From an uncultured Bacilli bacterium (GTDB taxonomy: Bacteria; Bacillota_I; Bacilli_A; RF39; UBA660), in assembly GCA_934086485.1 (NCBI GenBank), contig CAKOIF010000001.1:55438-119437 (forward strand): 64,000 bases of DNA. The letters are read 5' to 3'. Of this stretch, positions 1-9,103 are shown in pieces. The position numbers and the translations under genes were made by a program. The notes below the pieces were generated by a model. That model saw only the letters and a program-made list of their open reading frames with translations. It was not told the DNA's origin and searched no databases. How positions within the stretch are numbered: the stretch's first letter is position 1; each line of letters starts with the position of its first letter.

Positions 1-1
1 G

Positions 2-604
2 TTTGGAATAAAATTTTATGAAGTTACTATAGAAAATAAAAACTGTATTTTAGGATTATGTGGAGTTGGTAAAGTAAATGCCTCAAGGTGCACACAAATT
101 ATGATTGATAATATGAAGGTCGATTTTATAATAAATGTTGGTGTTGCCGGAGGATTAACTGATAAACTCAATGTACTTGATATAGTTATTGGCGAAAAAC
201 TTGTTCAGCACGATTTTGATATAACAGCATTTGATCACGAAAAAGGTTATATTCCTAACTGTGGTGTATATATAAATAGTGATGATTATTTACTTAAACT
301 TGCAAGTGATATTTCTGTAAAAAATACAAATATTTTAAAAGGTGTAATTGCTTCGGGGGATATATTTTGCACGGATAAGAAAATGAGTGAGAAAATCCAT
401 TATAAATTTGATGCACTATGTGTTGATATGGAGGGTGCAAGTATAGCTCAGACTGCCTTTTTTGCTGGGGTACCTTTTATTATTGTAAGAAGTATTTCTG
501 ATATACCTAATAATCATAATGTAATAACTTATGATACTTTTTTAGAAAAAAGTTCTAAAATAATTTCTGAATTTTTAAAAAAGCTAATTGGTGATATAAA
601 ATAA
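2..604 (+). CDS. mtnN: 5'-methylthioadenosine/S-adenosylhomocysteine nucleosidase (5' end outside window)
   Basis: The frame of ORF 101..604 stays open to the window edge (FGIKFYEVTIENKNCILGLCGVGKVNA...). Motifs GVAGGL, CVDMEGASIAQ and VRSISD are typical of the Pfs/MtnN family. Confidence 0.8.
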   Translation, partial: FGIKFYEVTIENKNCILGLCGVGKVNASRCTQIMIDNMKVDFIINVGVAGGLTDKLNVLDIVIGEKLVQHDFDITAFDHEKGYIPNCGVYINSDDYLLKLASDISVKNTNILKGVIASGDIFCTDKKMSEKIHYKFDALCVDMEGASIAQTAFFAGVPFIIVRSISDIPNNHNVITYDTFLEKSSKIISEFLKKLIGDIK

Positions 605-605
605 T

Positions 606-935
606 ATGGAAGATATTTTTGAATTAGAGCTTAGAATAAAATTTGAAAGTGATATAATATTTAATAGAGAAAAAGGCTGCATTACAATTACAAATAATAT
701 GATAACTGGCCAAATTGGTAATGATACTGTTTATGGTGTTTATGGAAAAAATATAAAATATCCACTTTTATATTCTGATTTTGCTATGTCATTTTATAAA
801 GAAAAATACTTATTTGTTTATCCATCTTTGTCCTCTTCAAAAAGTGGGACTATTTATGAAAATGATAAAGTTGTTGGTAACTTTAAATTTGAATATTTAA
901 AAAAGTGTAATTACATTGATAATTTAAAAAGATAG
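606..935 (+). CDS. hypothetical protein
   Basis: 109-aa ORF tightly packed after mtnN. No recognisable motif. Confidence 0.45.
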   Translation: MEDIFELELRIKFESDIIFNREKGCITITNNMITGQIGNDTVYGVYGKNIKYPLLYSDFAMSFYKEKYLFVYPSLSSSKSGTIYENDKVVGNFKFEYLKKCNYIDNLKR

Positions 936-1004
936 AAATTAATTCATTCTTTTATTGTTAAGAAAATTATGTTATAATTTAATGTATGTGAAAAAGGAGT
1001 ATGT

Positions 1005-1403
1005 ATGGAAACTAAAAGAAGCGTATTAAGAGAAAAAATAATGGTTATTTTATATCAACTAGATATAGCGGATGCTCAAAAAATTAAAGCAAGTATTGAT
1101 GATACAATAAAAGATAATGTTCCAATTGAAAATGAATTTGTAAAACAAATAGTTTATGGTTGTGTAACTTATAAAACTCAAATCGATAATATGGCAAATA
1201 AATATATGAATGATTGGACAATTGACAGGATAGATAAAACTGGAGCTGCAATTTTAAGAATGGCTATCTATGAACTTTTATATACAGATACACCAGAAAT
1301 CGTAGTAATTAATGAAGCAATAGAACTTTCTAAAAAATATAGTGATGATAATGTTAGAAAAATTATTAATGCTGTTCTTGATAAGATAATAAAGGATAGA
1401 TAA
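1005..1403 (+). CDS. nusB: transcription antitermination factor NusB
   Basis: 132 aa with AILRMAIYELLY and INEAIELSK motifs. RBS AAGGAG upstream. Classical nusB-xseA neighbourhood. Confidence 0.85.
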   Translation: METKRSVLREKIMVILYQLDIADAQKIKASIDDTIKDNVPIENEFVKQIVYGCVTYKTQIDNMANKYMNDWTIDRIDKTGAAILRMAIYELLYTDTPEIVVINEAIELSKKYSDDNVRKIINAVLDKIIKDR

Positions 1404-2674
1404 TGGAATATAATTATTTATGTATTAGTGAAATTAATAATTACATTAAAAACCTTATTGATAAAGATTATTTTTTAAACAAAGTATATATTAAGGGTGA
1501 AATATCAAATTTTAAAAATCATACAAGAGGTCATTTATATTTTACTTTAAAAGACGATAATTCAAGAATAAATGCTGTAATGTTTGCTTCAAGTGCAAAA
1601 TCTTTAGATTTCGTACCTCAGGATGGCAATCAAGTTTTAATCGAGGGAAGAATTTCTTGTTATCCAGCCTCAGGAAGTTATCAAATATATGTAGAGAAAA
1701 TGAGTTTGGATGGAATAGGTAGACTTTTTATTGAATATGAAAAATTAAAAAAGAAACTTGCTGCCGAAGGTTTATTTAATAAAGAACATAAAAAAATGAT
1801 TCCAAAGTACCCAATGAAGGTAGGCGTTATAACTGCCGATACTGGAGCCGCGATTAAAGATATAGTTTCAACAATAAAAAGAAGATTTCCAATATGTCAG
1901 GTTATTTTATTTCCAAGTTTAGTACAAGGGCCGGAAGCTAAATATAATATTGTAAGTCAAATTCAAAAAGCAGATAGTTTTAATTTAGATACAATTATCG
2001 TAGGTCGAGGTGGAGGCTCAATCGAAGACTTATGGGCTTTTAACGAAGAGATCGTTGCAAGAGCAATTTATGAATGTAAGACACCGATTATAAGTGCTGT
2101 GGGTCACGAAATTGATTTCACTATAGCGGATTTTGTCGCAGATCTTAGAGCACCAACTCCTACTGGGGCTGCAGAGATGTGTGTACCAACAATAATGGAT
2201 ACACAGATTTTAATTAATAATCTTGTTATAAGATGTACTAAAAATATTAAAAATATGGTAAATCAAAAATTTATAATGCTTGAAAGATTTAAACGTAGTT
2301 ATATTCTGAAAAATCCATATTCAATGTATGAAATTAAAGAACAAAAACTTGATACTTTAATTGATAATTTAAAAAATAATATGGAAAATATTGTTGTTAA
2401 AAAAACACATTTATATGAAAATGTTATGTCTAGTTATGTATTTACAAATCCCTCAATGTTAATTGATAAAAGTGCTAATAAACTTGATATGCTTATAAAA
2501 AGTTTATCGCTTTTAAATCCTCTTAGTATTTTAGATAAGGGTTATAGTATAGTAAAACATAATGATAAAGTAATTAATAATATTAAAGGTTTAAAACAAG
2601 GTGATGAGATAGATATTTCATTTGCAAAAGGTAATATAAGTGCAAAAGTAATGGAGGTTAAAAATGGAAAATAA
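1403..2674 (+). CDS. xseA: exodeoxyribonuclease VII large subunit
   Basis: 423 aa with an N-terminal OB fold (GEISNFKNHTRGHLYFTLKD). Core motifs RGGGSIEDLWAFNEE and SAVGHEIDFTIADFVAD. Confidence 0.9.
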   Translation: MEYNYLCISEINNYIKNLIDKDYFLNKVYIKGEISNFKNHTRGHLYFTLKDDNSRINAVMFASSAKSLDFVPQDGNQVLIEGRISCYPASGSYQIYVEKMSLDGIGRLFIEYEKLKKKLAAEGLFNKEHKKMIPKYPMKVGVITADTGAAIKDIVSTIKRRFPICQVILFPSLVQGPEAKYNIVSQIQKADSFNLDTIIVGRGGGSIEDLWAFNEEIVARAIYECKTPIISAVGHEIDFTIADFVADLRAPTPTGAAEMCVPTIMDTQILINNLVIRCTKNIKNMVNQKFIMLERFKRSYILKNPYSMYEIKEQKLDTLIDNLKNNMENIVVKKTHLYENVMSSYVFTNPSMLIDKSANKLDMLIKSLSLLNPLSILDKGYSIVKHNDKVINNIKGLKQGDEIDISFAKGNISAKVMEVKNGK

Positions 2675-2885
2675 AACTTTTGAACAAGCTTTAGGTTCTT
2701 TAGAACAAATTGTTAAAGAACTAGAAACGGGAAATGTTGATTTAGATAATGCAATAAAAAAATATAGTGAGGCAATGAGTCTTGCTAAGTTTTGCTCAGA
2801 TAAAATTAAAGATGCCACAGCTGCGGTTAATAAGGTTTTAACTGAAAGTGGAGATCTTAAAGATTTAGATATTAAAGAAAATTAG
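2664..2885 (+). CDS. xseB: exodeoxyribonuclease VII small subunit
   Basis: 73 aa with FEQALGSLEQIVKELE..LD motif. Overlaps the xseA stop. Confidence 0.85.
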   Translation: MENKTFEQALGSLEQIVKELETGNVDLDNAIKKYSEAMSLAKFCSDKIKDATAAVNKVLTESGDLKDLDIKEN

Positions 2886-2907
2886 TACTAAGATTAGTAC
2901 TTTTTTT
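2884..2907 (+). terminator. rho-independent terminator after xseB
   Basis: AGTACT-aagatt-AGTACT hairpin followed by T7. Confidence 0.6.
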
Positions 2908-2962
2908 ATTAGAAATTACTAGCAAAAAAAATTTGTGAAAATCTCACAAGCCCAGTTACTAT

Positions 2963-3127
2963 CTAGTATTAATTTTCATAAATTATATACTTTTAAGAAA
3001 AAGCATCCCTGTATTTATCTTATATCCATTATAATTTAACCATTTTTTTGAGCAATTTTCAAGCCCTTTTCCCGAAAATTGGTACCTAAGTTTTCCAAAA
3101 AGTATATAATTTGCGAAAGGACACCCC
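2963..3127. promoter_or_regulatory. putative invertible promoter switch, copy 1 (left arm 2963-3000, 91-bp core 3001-3091, right arm 3092-3127)
   Basis: The arms are imperfect inverted repeats. AAATTATATACTTTT (2980-2994) is exactly complementary to AAAAGTATATAATTT (3098-3112). The core is homologous to 9142-9232 and 14124-14214, and to the reverse complement of 44015-44107. Confidence 0.7.
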
Positions 3128-3153
3128 AGTATTTATAAGGGATGGAGAAGATT

Positions 3154-4107
3154 ATGATAAAAAATAATAATGTAAAAATAATGGGTATAATTGCAACTGT
3201 GTTATTACTCATAATAGTAATAACAGCATCATTTGCATACTTTGGTTCATTTAATGTAAATTTAAATAATAATGTAGCAGTAAATATTAATTCTACACCG
3301 GTAGGCAATGGAACATTTATATCAAATGCAACCCAGTTAAATTTACAAGTACCCGCAGCAAATATGAGTTCAACATCCTCAAATAATACTGTAGCTGCTG
3401 CATCAAATACTGCAACACTTTCAGTATCACTTACAAGTGGAAACGATGAAATAGAAACAACTTGTACATTTGATATATATTATGAATATACAGGAAGTAA
3501 TTTCTATGGTGTAAGTCCTAATACAAAAACAAGTGGAGCAAATAAAGAAATAACAATGACCGTAAATGCCCCAAGTGGAACAAGTAATTTTAGTACAGAA
3601 ACAAATTTTGATTATAATACCACTACTGGTTGGGTAACAGAAAATAATAAAAGAAAAGTTAAACTAGTGGAAAATGCAAGCATATCAAATTATGAAACAA
3701 CAGCAACAACCCAAGAATATACATTTACAGGCAAATATTATAATTTAGATATAAGTCAAGAACAACTAGCAAATAAATCATTTACAGGTATTATTTATGC
3801 AAGTAAGAAAGAATGTGTAAGTAAAGAAGCACCAATAACTTTTAGCATATCAAACTCTAGTGTAGTAACTACTTATTATGCAAAGAAGGGAATGACTTGG
3901 GAAGAATGGATTAATAGTGAGTATTATGATAGTAAGTCTAATATTACCATTGCAAAGGGCGATAGCGTAGTTATTATAACAACCACTGATACCGAAGTAT
4001 GCACAGATTTTATTGAAATAAACCATTCACAAACACAAAAATATAATGATGTAATTATTAATAAAATGGAATATAATATATCTTATTATGGTAGCTGCGT
4101 TGATTAA
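3154..4107 (+). CDS. membrane-anchored surface protein, paralog P1 (short form, distinct C-terminal domain)
   Basis: Start moved to ATG 3154 by analogy with the paralogs (GGAG RBS 7-8 nt upstream). Has an N-terminal hydrophobic anchor. Shares a ~200-aa module with P2/P3 (NATQLNLQVPAANMS, TTCTFDIYYEY, GKYYNL). Confidence 0.75.
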   Translation: MIKNNNVKIMGIIATVLLLIIVITASFAYFGSFNVNLNNNVAVNINSTPVGNGTFISNATQLNLQVPAANMSSTSSNNTVAAASNTATLSVSLTSGNDEIETTCTFDIYYEYTGSNFYGVSPNTKTSGANKEITMTVNAPSGTSNFSTETNFDYNTTTGWVTENNKRKVKLVENASISNYETTATTQEYTFTGKYYNLDISQEQLANKSFTGIIYASKKECVSKEAPITFSISNSSVVTTYYAKKGMTWEEWINSEYYDSKSNITIAKGDSVVIITTTDTEVCTDFIEINHSQTQKYNDVIINKMEYNISYYGSCVD

Positions 4108-4195
4108 AAAATATGTTGAACACTATTAAATTTTTATATTTTGTTCTTGACAAGTGTAACAAATACGCATATAATGTAATTATACGGAGGATATA

Positions 4196-4870
4196 ATGGA
4201 GTTAAAAAATAGTCTTTATAAAAATATAGGTATTCACGTTATTACAACTTTATTTACAGTGGAAAAGGGTGATGTAAAAGTACTTCTTATAAAAAGAACT
4301 AATAATCCTTATAATGGTTATTGGGCACTTCCGAGTGGAGCACTATACAATAATGAACTTTTAGTGGATGGTGCAAAAAGAGAATTAAAGGAAAAGACTG
4401 GTCTTGAGAATATTACATTTGAAATGTGTGGTGTATTTGATAAACTAGATCGTAGTAACTTACAAAGAATGATAGGAATATCCTTTATTGGTGTTATAGA
4501 TGCTAAAAAAGTGTCACTTTTAAAAAATACTTTAAAAACATCTAATGCTGAATATTTTTCAATAAATAATATTCCGCTTCTTGCTTATGATCATAATGAG
4601 ATAATAGACTATTCGTTAAAAGTTTTAAAGGATAAAATAGTTAAAACAAACATTTTACAAAGTTTATTTCCCGGAGATTTTACACTTCCAGAACTTCAGA
4701 AAGTATACGAAATAGTACTCGAAGAAAAATTAGATAGACGTAATTTTAGAAAAAAACTTATTAATGAAGGTATTATTATTGATACAAAAAAATATGAAAC
4801 CTTCGAAGGTAAAAAACCAGCAAAATTATATAAGTTTAATAAAAAGATTAAAAAAGAAAATGCTATTTAG
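4196..4870 (+). CDS. NrtR-like Nudix hydrolase / transcriptional regulator
   Basis: Degenerate Nudix box (PSGALYNNELLVDGAKRELKEKTGL). C-terminal winged-helix-like segment (FTLPELQKVYEIVLEEKLDRRNFRKKL). Confidence 0.6.
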   Translation: MELKNSLYKNIGIHVITTLFTVEKGDVKVLLIKRTNNPYNGYWALPSGALYNNELLVDGAKRELKEKTGLENITFEMCGVFDKLDRSNLQRMIGISFIGVIDAKKVSLLKNTLKTSNAEYFSINNIPLLAYDHNEIIDYSLKVLKDKIVKTNILQSLFPGDFTLPELQKVYEIVLEEKLDRRNFRKKLINEGIIIDTKKYETFEGKKPAKLYKFNKKIKKENAI

Positions 4871-4921
4871 CACTTTTTTAATAAATATAAATGTGTAAAA
4901 AATACACAAAGAAAGGAATGT

Positions 4922-5443
4922 ATGAAAAAAGATTTATATATAGATTATGATGGTGTAATAAGAGGGACGATGTCAATTGCATATGAAATGATGGCAAAGC
5001 AAAATATTGATTTAAAGGATCGTAAAAAAGTTATAGATTTTTTTGAAAAACTTGATTGGTACTATTTAATAAGTATTTCTGTAGAACTTAATAGAGCATA
5101 CTATTATATAAATCAAATTATAAAAGAAAACAAATATAATGTTAGCATTTTAACGAAGATAAATTCCCTTAATGAGATGAGTGCTAAGATATTTGATGTA
5201 AGAAAAAATAGTAATGTTAAAACTATATGTGTTCCTAATAATATTGATAAAACTGATGCAGTAAATCCTAATGGTAATATTTTAATTGATGACTTTACAG
5301 GTAATTTACTTAATTGGAAGGAAAAGGGAGGTATAAGTGTAAAATTTACTGATAACGAGGATGATAGATTTTTATGTACGCAGTCACTAGATATTTGTCT
5401 GCAGGATAATTTAGAAAGAAAATTAGAAAGGAAAATAAATTAA
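4922..5443 (+). CDS. HAD-superfamily hydrolase, 5'(3')-deoxyribonucleotidase-like
   Basis: N-terminal DxDGV motif (YIDYDGVI) and a late LIDD motif. Confidence 0.4.
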   Translation: MKKDLYIDYDGVIRGTMSIAYEMMAKQNIDLKDRKKVIDFFEKLDWYYLISISVELNRAYYYINQIIKENKYNVSILTKINSLNEMSAKIFDVRKNSNVKTICVPNNIDKTDAVNPNGNILIDDFTGNLLNWKEKGGISVKFTDNEDDRFLCTQSLDICLQDNLERKLERKIN

Positions 5444-6216
5444 TGAATAAAATAAAAATTAATGAAAACTTTAAAAATGAAAAATTACCTTTACTATTTA
5501 ATATTAATTATGAAGGTAATAATGCTTTAAATGAAAACAAGGATTATCTATATATTCTTGATAGATATTTTAGCGGTATTGAACAAAATACAAGTGTATA
5601 TGAATTAGCAAAATGTATTGTAACTATTTTTTCACTTGATGAAGATAGTAATTTAAATTTAATTATTTATAATAATAGTGAAAAAGTTTTAGAATTATTT
5701 TCTAAAAATAATAATGTATTATCTCCCTTTATGAAAGCTAAAAAAGGTAGTGGTCTTATGGCATTAAGTAATGATGGAACTATTTTTAATTATGATACAA
5801 AAAACTTTTTTAAAGTTAATAATGAACCATTTTGCTTTTATCATTTAGAAAAATTTGGTGATATTGGAAATGATTTTTTACATATGCAATTTTTAGCACC
5901 ATTTGAACTTGATTATGATATTAAACGTTATATTAAATTTTTTATTGAAATTACGAATACATATCCTTATTTTGATGATAAAGAAATTAATTTAAAATCT
6001 CTTATGCTTTATTTGATGCAATATTATAAAACTTTTAAGTATTCTAATGAAACAAATTACTTATTAGAAATGGTTAATAATTATTTATATTTATTTGGAA
6101 AAGTAGATGTTAGTGATATTCCAAGATTTTATGATTTTAAAGAATATGACTTAGCAAGAAAACTAATTCCTAGTTATATGAAAAAGGATCTTTCAAAAAC
6201 TACGATAATTAAATAA
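5443..6216 (+). CDS. hypothetical protein
   Basis: 257-aa ORF translationally coupled to the upstream gene (TAATG overlap). Confidence 0.5.
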   Translation: MNKIKINENFKNEKLPLLFNINYEGNNALNENKDYLYILDRYFSGIEQNTSVYELAKCIVTIFSLDEDSNLNLIIYNNSEKVLELFSKNNNVLSPFMKAKKGSGLMALSNDGTIFNYDTKNFFKVNNEPFCFYHLEKFGDIGNDFLHMQFLAPFELDYDIKRYIKFFIEITNTYPYFDDKEINLKSLMLYLMQYYKTFKYSNETNYLLEMVNNYLYLFGKVDVSDIPRFYDFKEYDLARKLIPSYMKKDLSKTTIIK

Positions 6217-6249
6217 TATATAAATTGTAATTGAATATTTTAATTATTA

Positions 6250-6367
6250 AATGTTTCAAAAAATATAGACATCTATAAATATTTTTGTTATATTTAATGT
6301 GCTCGAAAAAAATAATTTTTTTATAATGTAAAAAAATATAAAATCACACACCTTAGAAAGGAAACGT
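6250..6367 (+). promoter_or_regulatory. conserved promoter plus 5' leader module, copy 1 (TAGACA 6266-6271, 17-nt spacer, TATATT 6289-6294)
   Basis: The same module occurs at 27595-27715 and 33320-33444. Conserved TGCTCGAAAAAAATAA 5' end and AAAATCACACACCTTAGAAAGG 3' end containing the RBS. Confidence 0.65.
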
Positions 6368-7288
6368 ATGCAATTTAATAAATTATATGCTGAATCTGGT
6401 TTCATTAGAGATTTAGCATTCAAGAAATTATTTCTCGAAACTCCAGAGTTTCTTAACTTTGTTTATGAATACTGCCTACAACTTCTTAGTCTTCCTTTTG
6501 ATGATACAATTGATTTACTTGATAATAATGTAAATGATAATATAAATATTAAAAATAGAGAAACAGATTTACTTTACGAGTCAAAAAAATATTTAGTAAA
6601 TATCGAAGGAAATAGTCAAACTTCAATAAGCGTTAATTTAAAAAATTTATCTTATTTGTGTGCTTTACTTTTAAGACAAGTTAAACCTGGTGCGGAAGAT
6701 AAGATTAAAAATGTTATTCAAATAAATATTAATAATCATAGTCCGTTTAAAACAAAAAACTTTATAAATATTACAAAATTAATTGATAGCATTACTGGAA
6801 AGGTAAGAAATGGACAAATTGCAATCGTCGATTTTAATCTTGATTATTATGATGACATAGCATATAATGAAATTGATAGTTTACCTGATGCTGACCCAAG
6901 AAAAATATTTTATTTACTTACAAAGGAAAATAATGATAAATATTATGGGTTATATAAAAATAGTGTATTAGGGAAAATGTTAGTAAGGAGAATGGAAATG
7001 ATGATAGAAAATTTTGATGCAATATTTTATTATGATAAAGACAAATTTAATGAAAGGGTTGCAAAAGAAGTTGGTTTCGAAGAAGGAAAAGCAGTTGGTT
7101 TAAATGAAGGCAAAACAATTGGCTTAAATGAAGGAAGAAATGAAGGAATTGCCATTGGCTTAGACAAAGGCAAACGAGAAATAATTTTAAGAATGCTAAA
7201 CGATAATGTTCCAGATTTAGATATTATTAAATATTCTGGCGTTACTGAAAGTGAGCTAGAATATATTAAGGAAAGTATAGGTAAGTAA
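6368..7288 (+). CDS. Rpn/YhgA-like PD-(D/E)XK nuclease family putative transposase
   Basis: D...E.Q-type core (RETDLLYESKKYLVNIEGNSQ). Typical C-terminal EG-rich repeats (GFEEGKAVGLNEGKTIGLNEGRNEG) followed by an ML..G.S.E.I tail. Confidence 0.6.
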   Translation: MQFNKLYAESGFIRDLAFKKLFLETPEFLNFVYEYCLQLLSLPFDDTIDLLDNNVNDNINIKNRETDLLYESKKYLVNIEGNSQTSISVNLKNLSYLCALLLRQVKPGAEDKIKNVIQININNHSPFKTKNFINITKLIDSITGKVRNGQIAIVDFNLDYYDDIAYNEIDSLPDADPRKIFYLLTKENNDKYYGLYKNSVLGKMLVRRMEMMIENFDAIFYYDKDKFNERVAKEVGFEEGKAVGLNEGKTIGLNEGRNEGIAIGLDKGKREIILRMLNDNVPDLDIIKYSGVTESELEYIKESIGK

Positions 7289-7392
7289 ACTTATACTTTT
7301 TTTCTTGCAATAAATATATCTATGATTTATACATAAAAAGTTTACAAATATCTTTCTTTAACCTATAATATGGATTAAGAAACGAGGAAAAT

Positions 7393-7692
7393 ATGTATTT
7401 TATTGATTTAAATGAAAAACAGAAACAGTTTATATATAGCAAATGTACTGTTAAACATTTTAAAGATAGTGGCCCAAGAGTATTATTATATAAAAGACTT
7501 ATTGAAAGAAGTAGTTTTACTAATACTTTTGTTACTAATTTTATAGAAAAACTTAGATATGAACCTTATTGTGAAAAAATAGACAATTTTTATGATTGGG
7601 AGTATGATACGATATATGTGCCAATTAAGTATGCTAATTTAATAAACAAATTTTTAAGTATTCATAATGATGATATTCTTCGAAGAAGATAA
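7393..7692 (+). CDS. hypothetical protein
   Basis: 99-aa ORF with GAGGAAAA RBS. Confidence 0.4.
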   Translation: MYFIDLNEKQKQFIYSKCTVKHFKDSGPRVLLYKRLIERSSFTNTFVTNFIEKLRYEPYCEKIDNFYDWEYDTIYVPIKYANLINKFLSIHNDDILRRR

Positions 7693-7763
7693 AGCAAATA
7701 AAAAGGTTGTAAAAAAAGATTATTTATTATATAATATGGAAAGAAAAAAGGAGAGAATTATAA

Positions 7764-9011
7764 ATGAAAAATGTACACGAAATTGAAATTAAACTTACTA
7801 CTGAATGGGAAAAATGCTTAGATGATGCATTTAAGAAAAAAGTTAAAGAAACTAAAGTAGATGGTTTTAGAAAGGGAGCTTGTCCAAAAGAAGTATTTAT
7901 CAAAAGATTTGGTATTGAAAGTCTTTATATGGATGCTGTTGATGAAGCAGTTGGCTTAGGATATAAAAAAGCTTTAGAGGATAATAAAGATATTAATCCA
8001 GTTATTGAACCAAAAGTAGATATTAAAAATATTTCTGAAAAAGAAATAGAATTTAAATTTACTATTATAACTAAACCAGAAATTACTTTAGGAGATTATA
8101 AAAATTTAGGAATTAAAAAAGAAGAAGCTAAAGTAACTAAAAAAGAAATTGATGAAGAGATTAAAAAAATGCAAGATAAATTTGCTGATTTAATTGTTAA
8201 AGAAGATGGTATTATTGAAGAAGGAAATACTGCTGTTATTGATTTCAAAGGAACTGTTGATGGAGAGGTTCTAGAAGGCGGAAGTGCTGAAAACTATTCA
8301 CTTGAAATTGGAACTCATTCATTTATTCCAGGTTTTGAAGAAGGTTTAGTAGGTCATAAAACTGGTGATATTGTTACTTTAAATCTTAAATTCCCTGAAG
8401 ATTATGTAGAAAATCTTAAAGGAAAAGATGTAGTATTTGAAGTAAAAGTTAATGAAGTAAAAGTAAGAGTTTTACCAGAAATTAATGAAGAATTCTTTAA
8501 AGATTTAGGATATGAAGATATCAAAACTAAAGAAGAATTAGAAAATAAAGTAAAAGACAATCTTCAAAAAGAAGAACAAGCTAAACTTGATGATATTCAT
8601 TTAGATAAAGTTTTAGATAAAGCAATGGAAAATATGAAAATTGAACTTAACGAAGAAATCGTTGATGATGAAATTCACAGAATGATCCACGAATATGAAA
8701 GACAACTTAAAATGCAAGGTTTAGATATGAATAAATATTTTGAACTTACTGGTGATACTGAAGAAGGTCTTCATAAAAAAATGGAAGGCGAAGCTACAAA
8801 AAGAGTTAAATGTCGTTATTTAATCGAAGAAGTTGCTAAAAAAGAAAATATTGACTTTACTAATGAAGAAGTTGATGCAAAAGCAAAAGAAATGGCTGAA
8901 AACTATGGTATTACAGTTGATGAACTTATTAAAGCATATGGAACTATTGATGTAGTTAAATATGATATGACAATGCATAAGGCATTAGAAATTATTAAAG
9001 AAAATAACTAA
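7764..9011 (+). CDS. tig: trigger factor
   Basis: N-terminal FRKGACPKEVFIKRFG signature. FKBP-type PPIase domain (DFKGTVDGEVLEGGSAENYSLEIGTHSFIPGFEEGLVGHKTGD). Confidence 0.9.
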   Translation: MKNVHEIEIKLTTEWEKCLDDAFKKKVKETKVDGFRKGACPKEVFIKRFGIESLYMDAVDEAVGLGYKKALEDNKDINPVIEPKVDIKNISEKEIEFKFTIITKPEITLGDYKNLGIKKEEAKVTKKEIDEEIKKMQDKFADLIVKEDGIIEEGNTAVIDFKGTVDGEVLEGGSAENYSLEIGTHSFIPGFEEGLVGHKTGDIVTLNLKFPEDYVENLKGKDVVFEVKVNEVKVRVLPEINEEFFKDLGYEDIKTKEELENKVKDNLQKEEQAKLDDIHLDKVLDKAMENMKIELNEEIVDDEIHRMIHEYERQLKMQGLDMNKYFELTGDTEEGLHKKMEGEATKRVKCRYLIEEVAKKENIDFTNEEVDAKAKEMAENYGITVDELIKAYGTIDVVKYDMTMHKALEIIKENN

Positions 9012-9036
9012 GAGGCTTAAAAAAGTCTCTTTTTTT
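9011..9036 (+). terminator. rho-independent terminator after tig
   Basis: AGAGGC...GTCTCT stem with a G-U pair, followed by T7. Confidence 0.5.
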
Positions 9037-9103
9037 AGATTAATTTAATAAAAAATACCAAACAAAAAAAATCAGGCAAATCTCGCACAAATCCAGTATT
9101 TTC

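Noticed and set aside
2618-2818. Minus-strand 66-aa ORF over the xseA/xseB junction. Similar antisense or alternative-frame ORFs in the track: 13166..13390, 13410..13622, 13816..13998, 16544..16729, 17214..17399, 17613..17849, 25327..25509, 26911..27105, 27436..27678, 31106..31366, 31442..31750, 31770..31982, 35592..35837, 37532..37759, 40831..41058, 44990..45187, 50822..51010, 56026..56295, 56683..56874 and 56856..57053.
   Set aside because: All overlap strongly supported genes on the opposite strand or in another frame. All lack RBSs and have implausible compositions. Such ORFs are typical chance products of AT-rich DNA.
3036-3308. Minus-strand 90-aa ORF spanning switch copy 1 and the 5' end of P1.
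   Set aside because: It is antisense to a well-supported CDS and runs through the conserved non-coding switch. It has no RBS. The equivalent regions of copies 2 and 3 give no conserved ORF.
6295-6367. The shared leader as a riboswitch.
   Set aside because: Only the two ends are conserved and the middle is variable A/T-rich sequence. I could not find conserved GC-supported helices or any known riboswitch core. It is kept as a promoter/leader observation instead.
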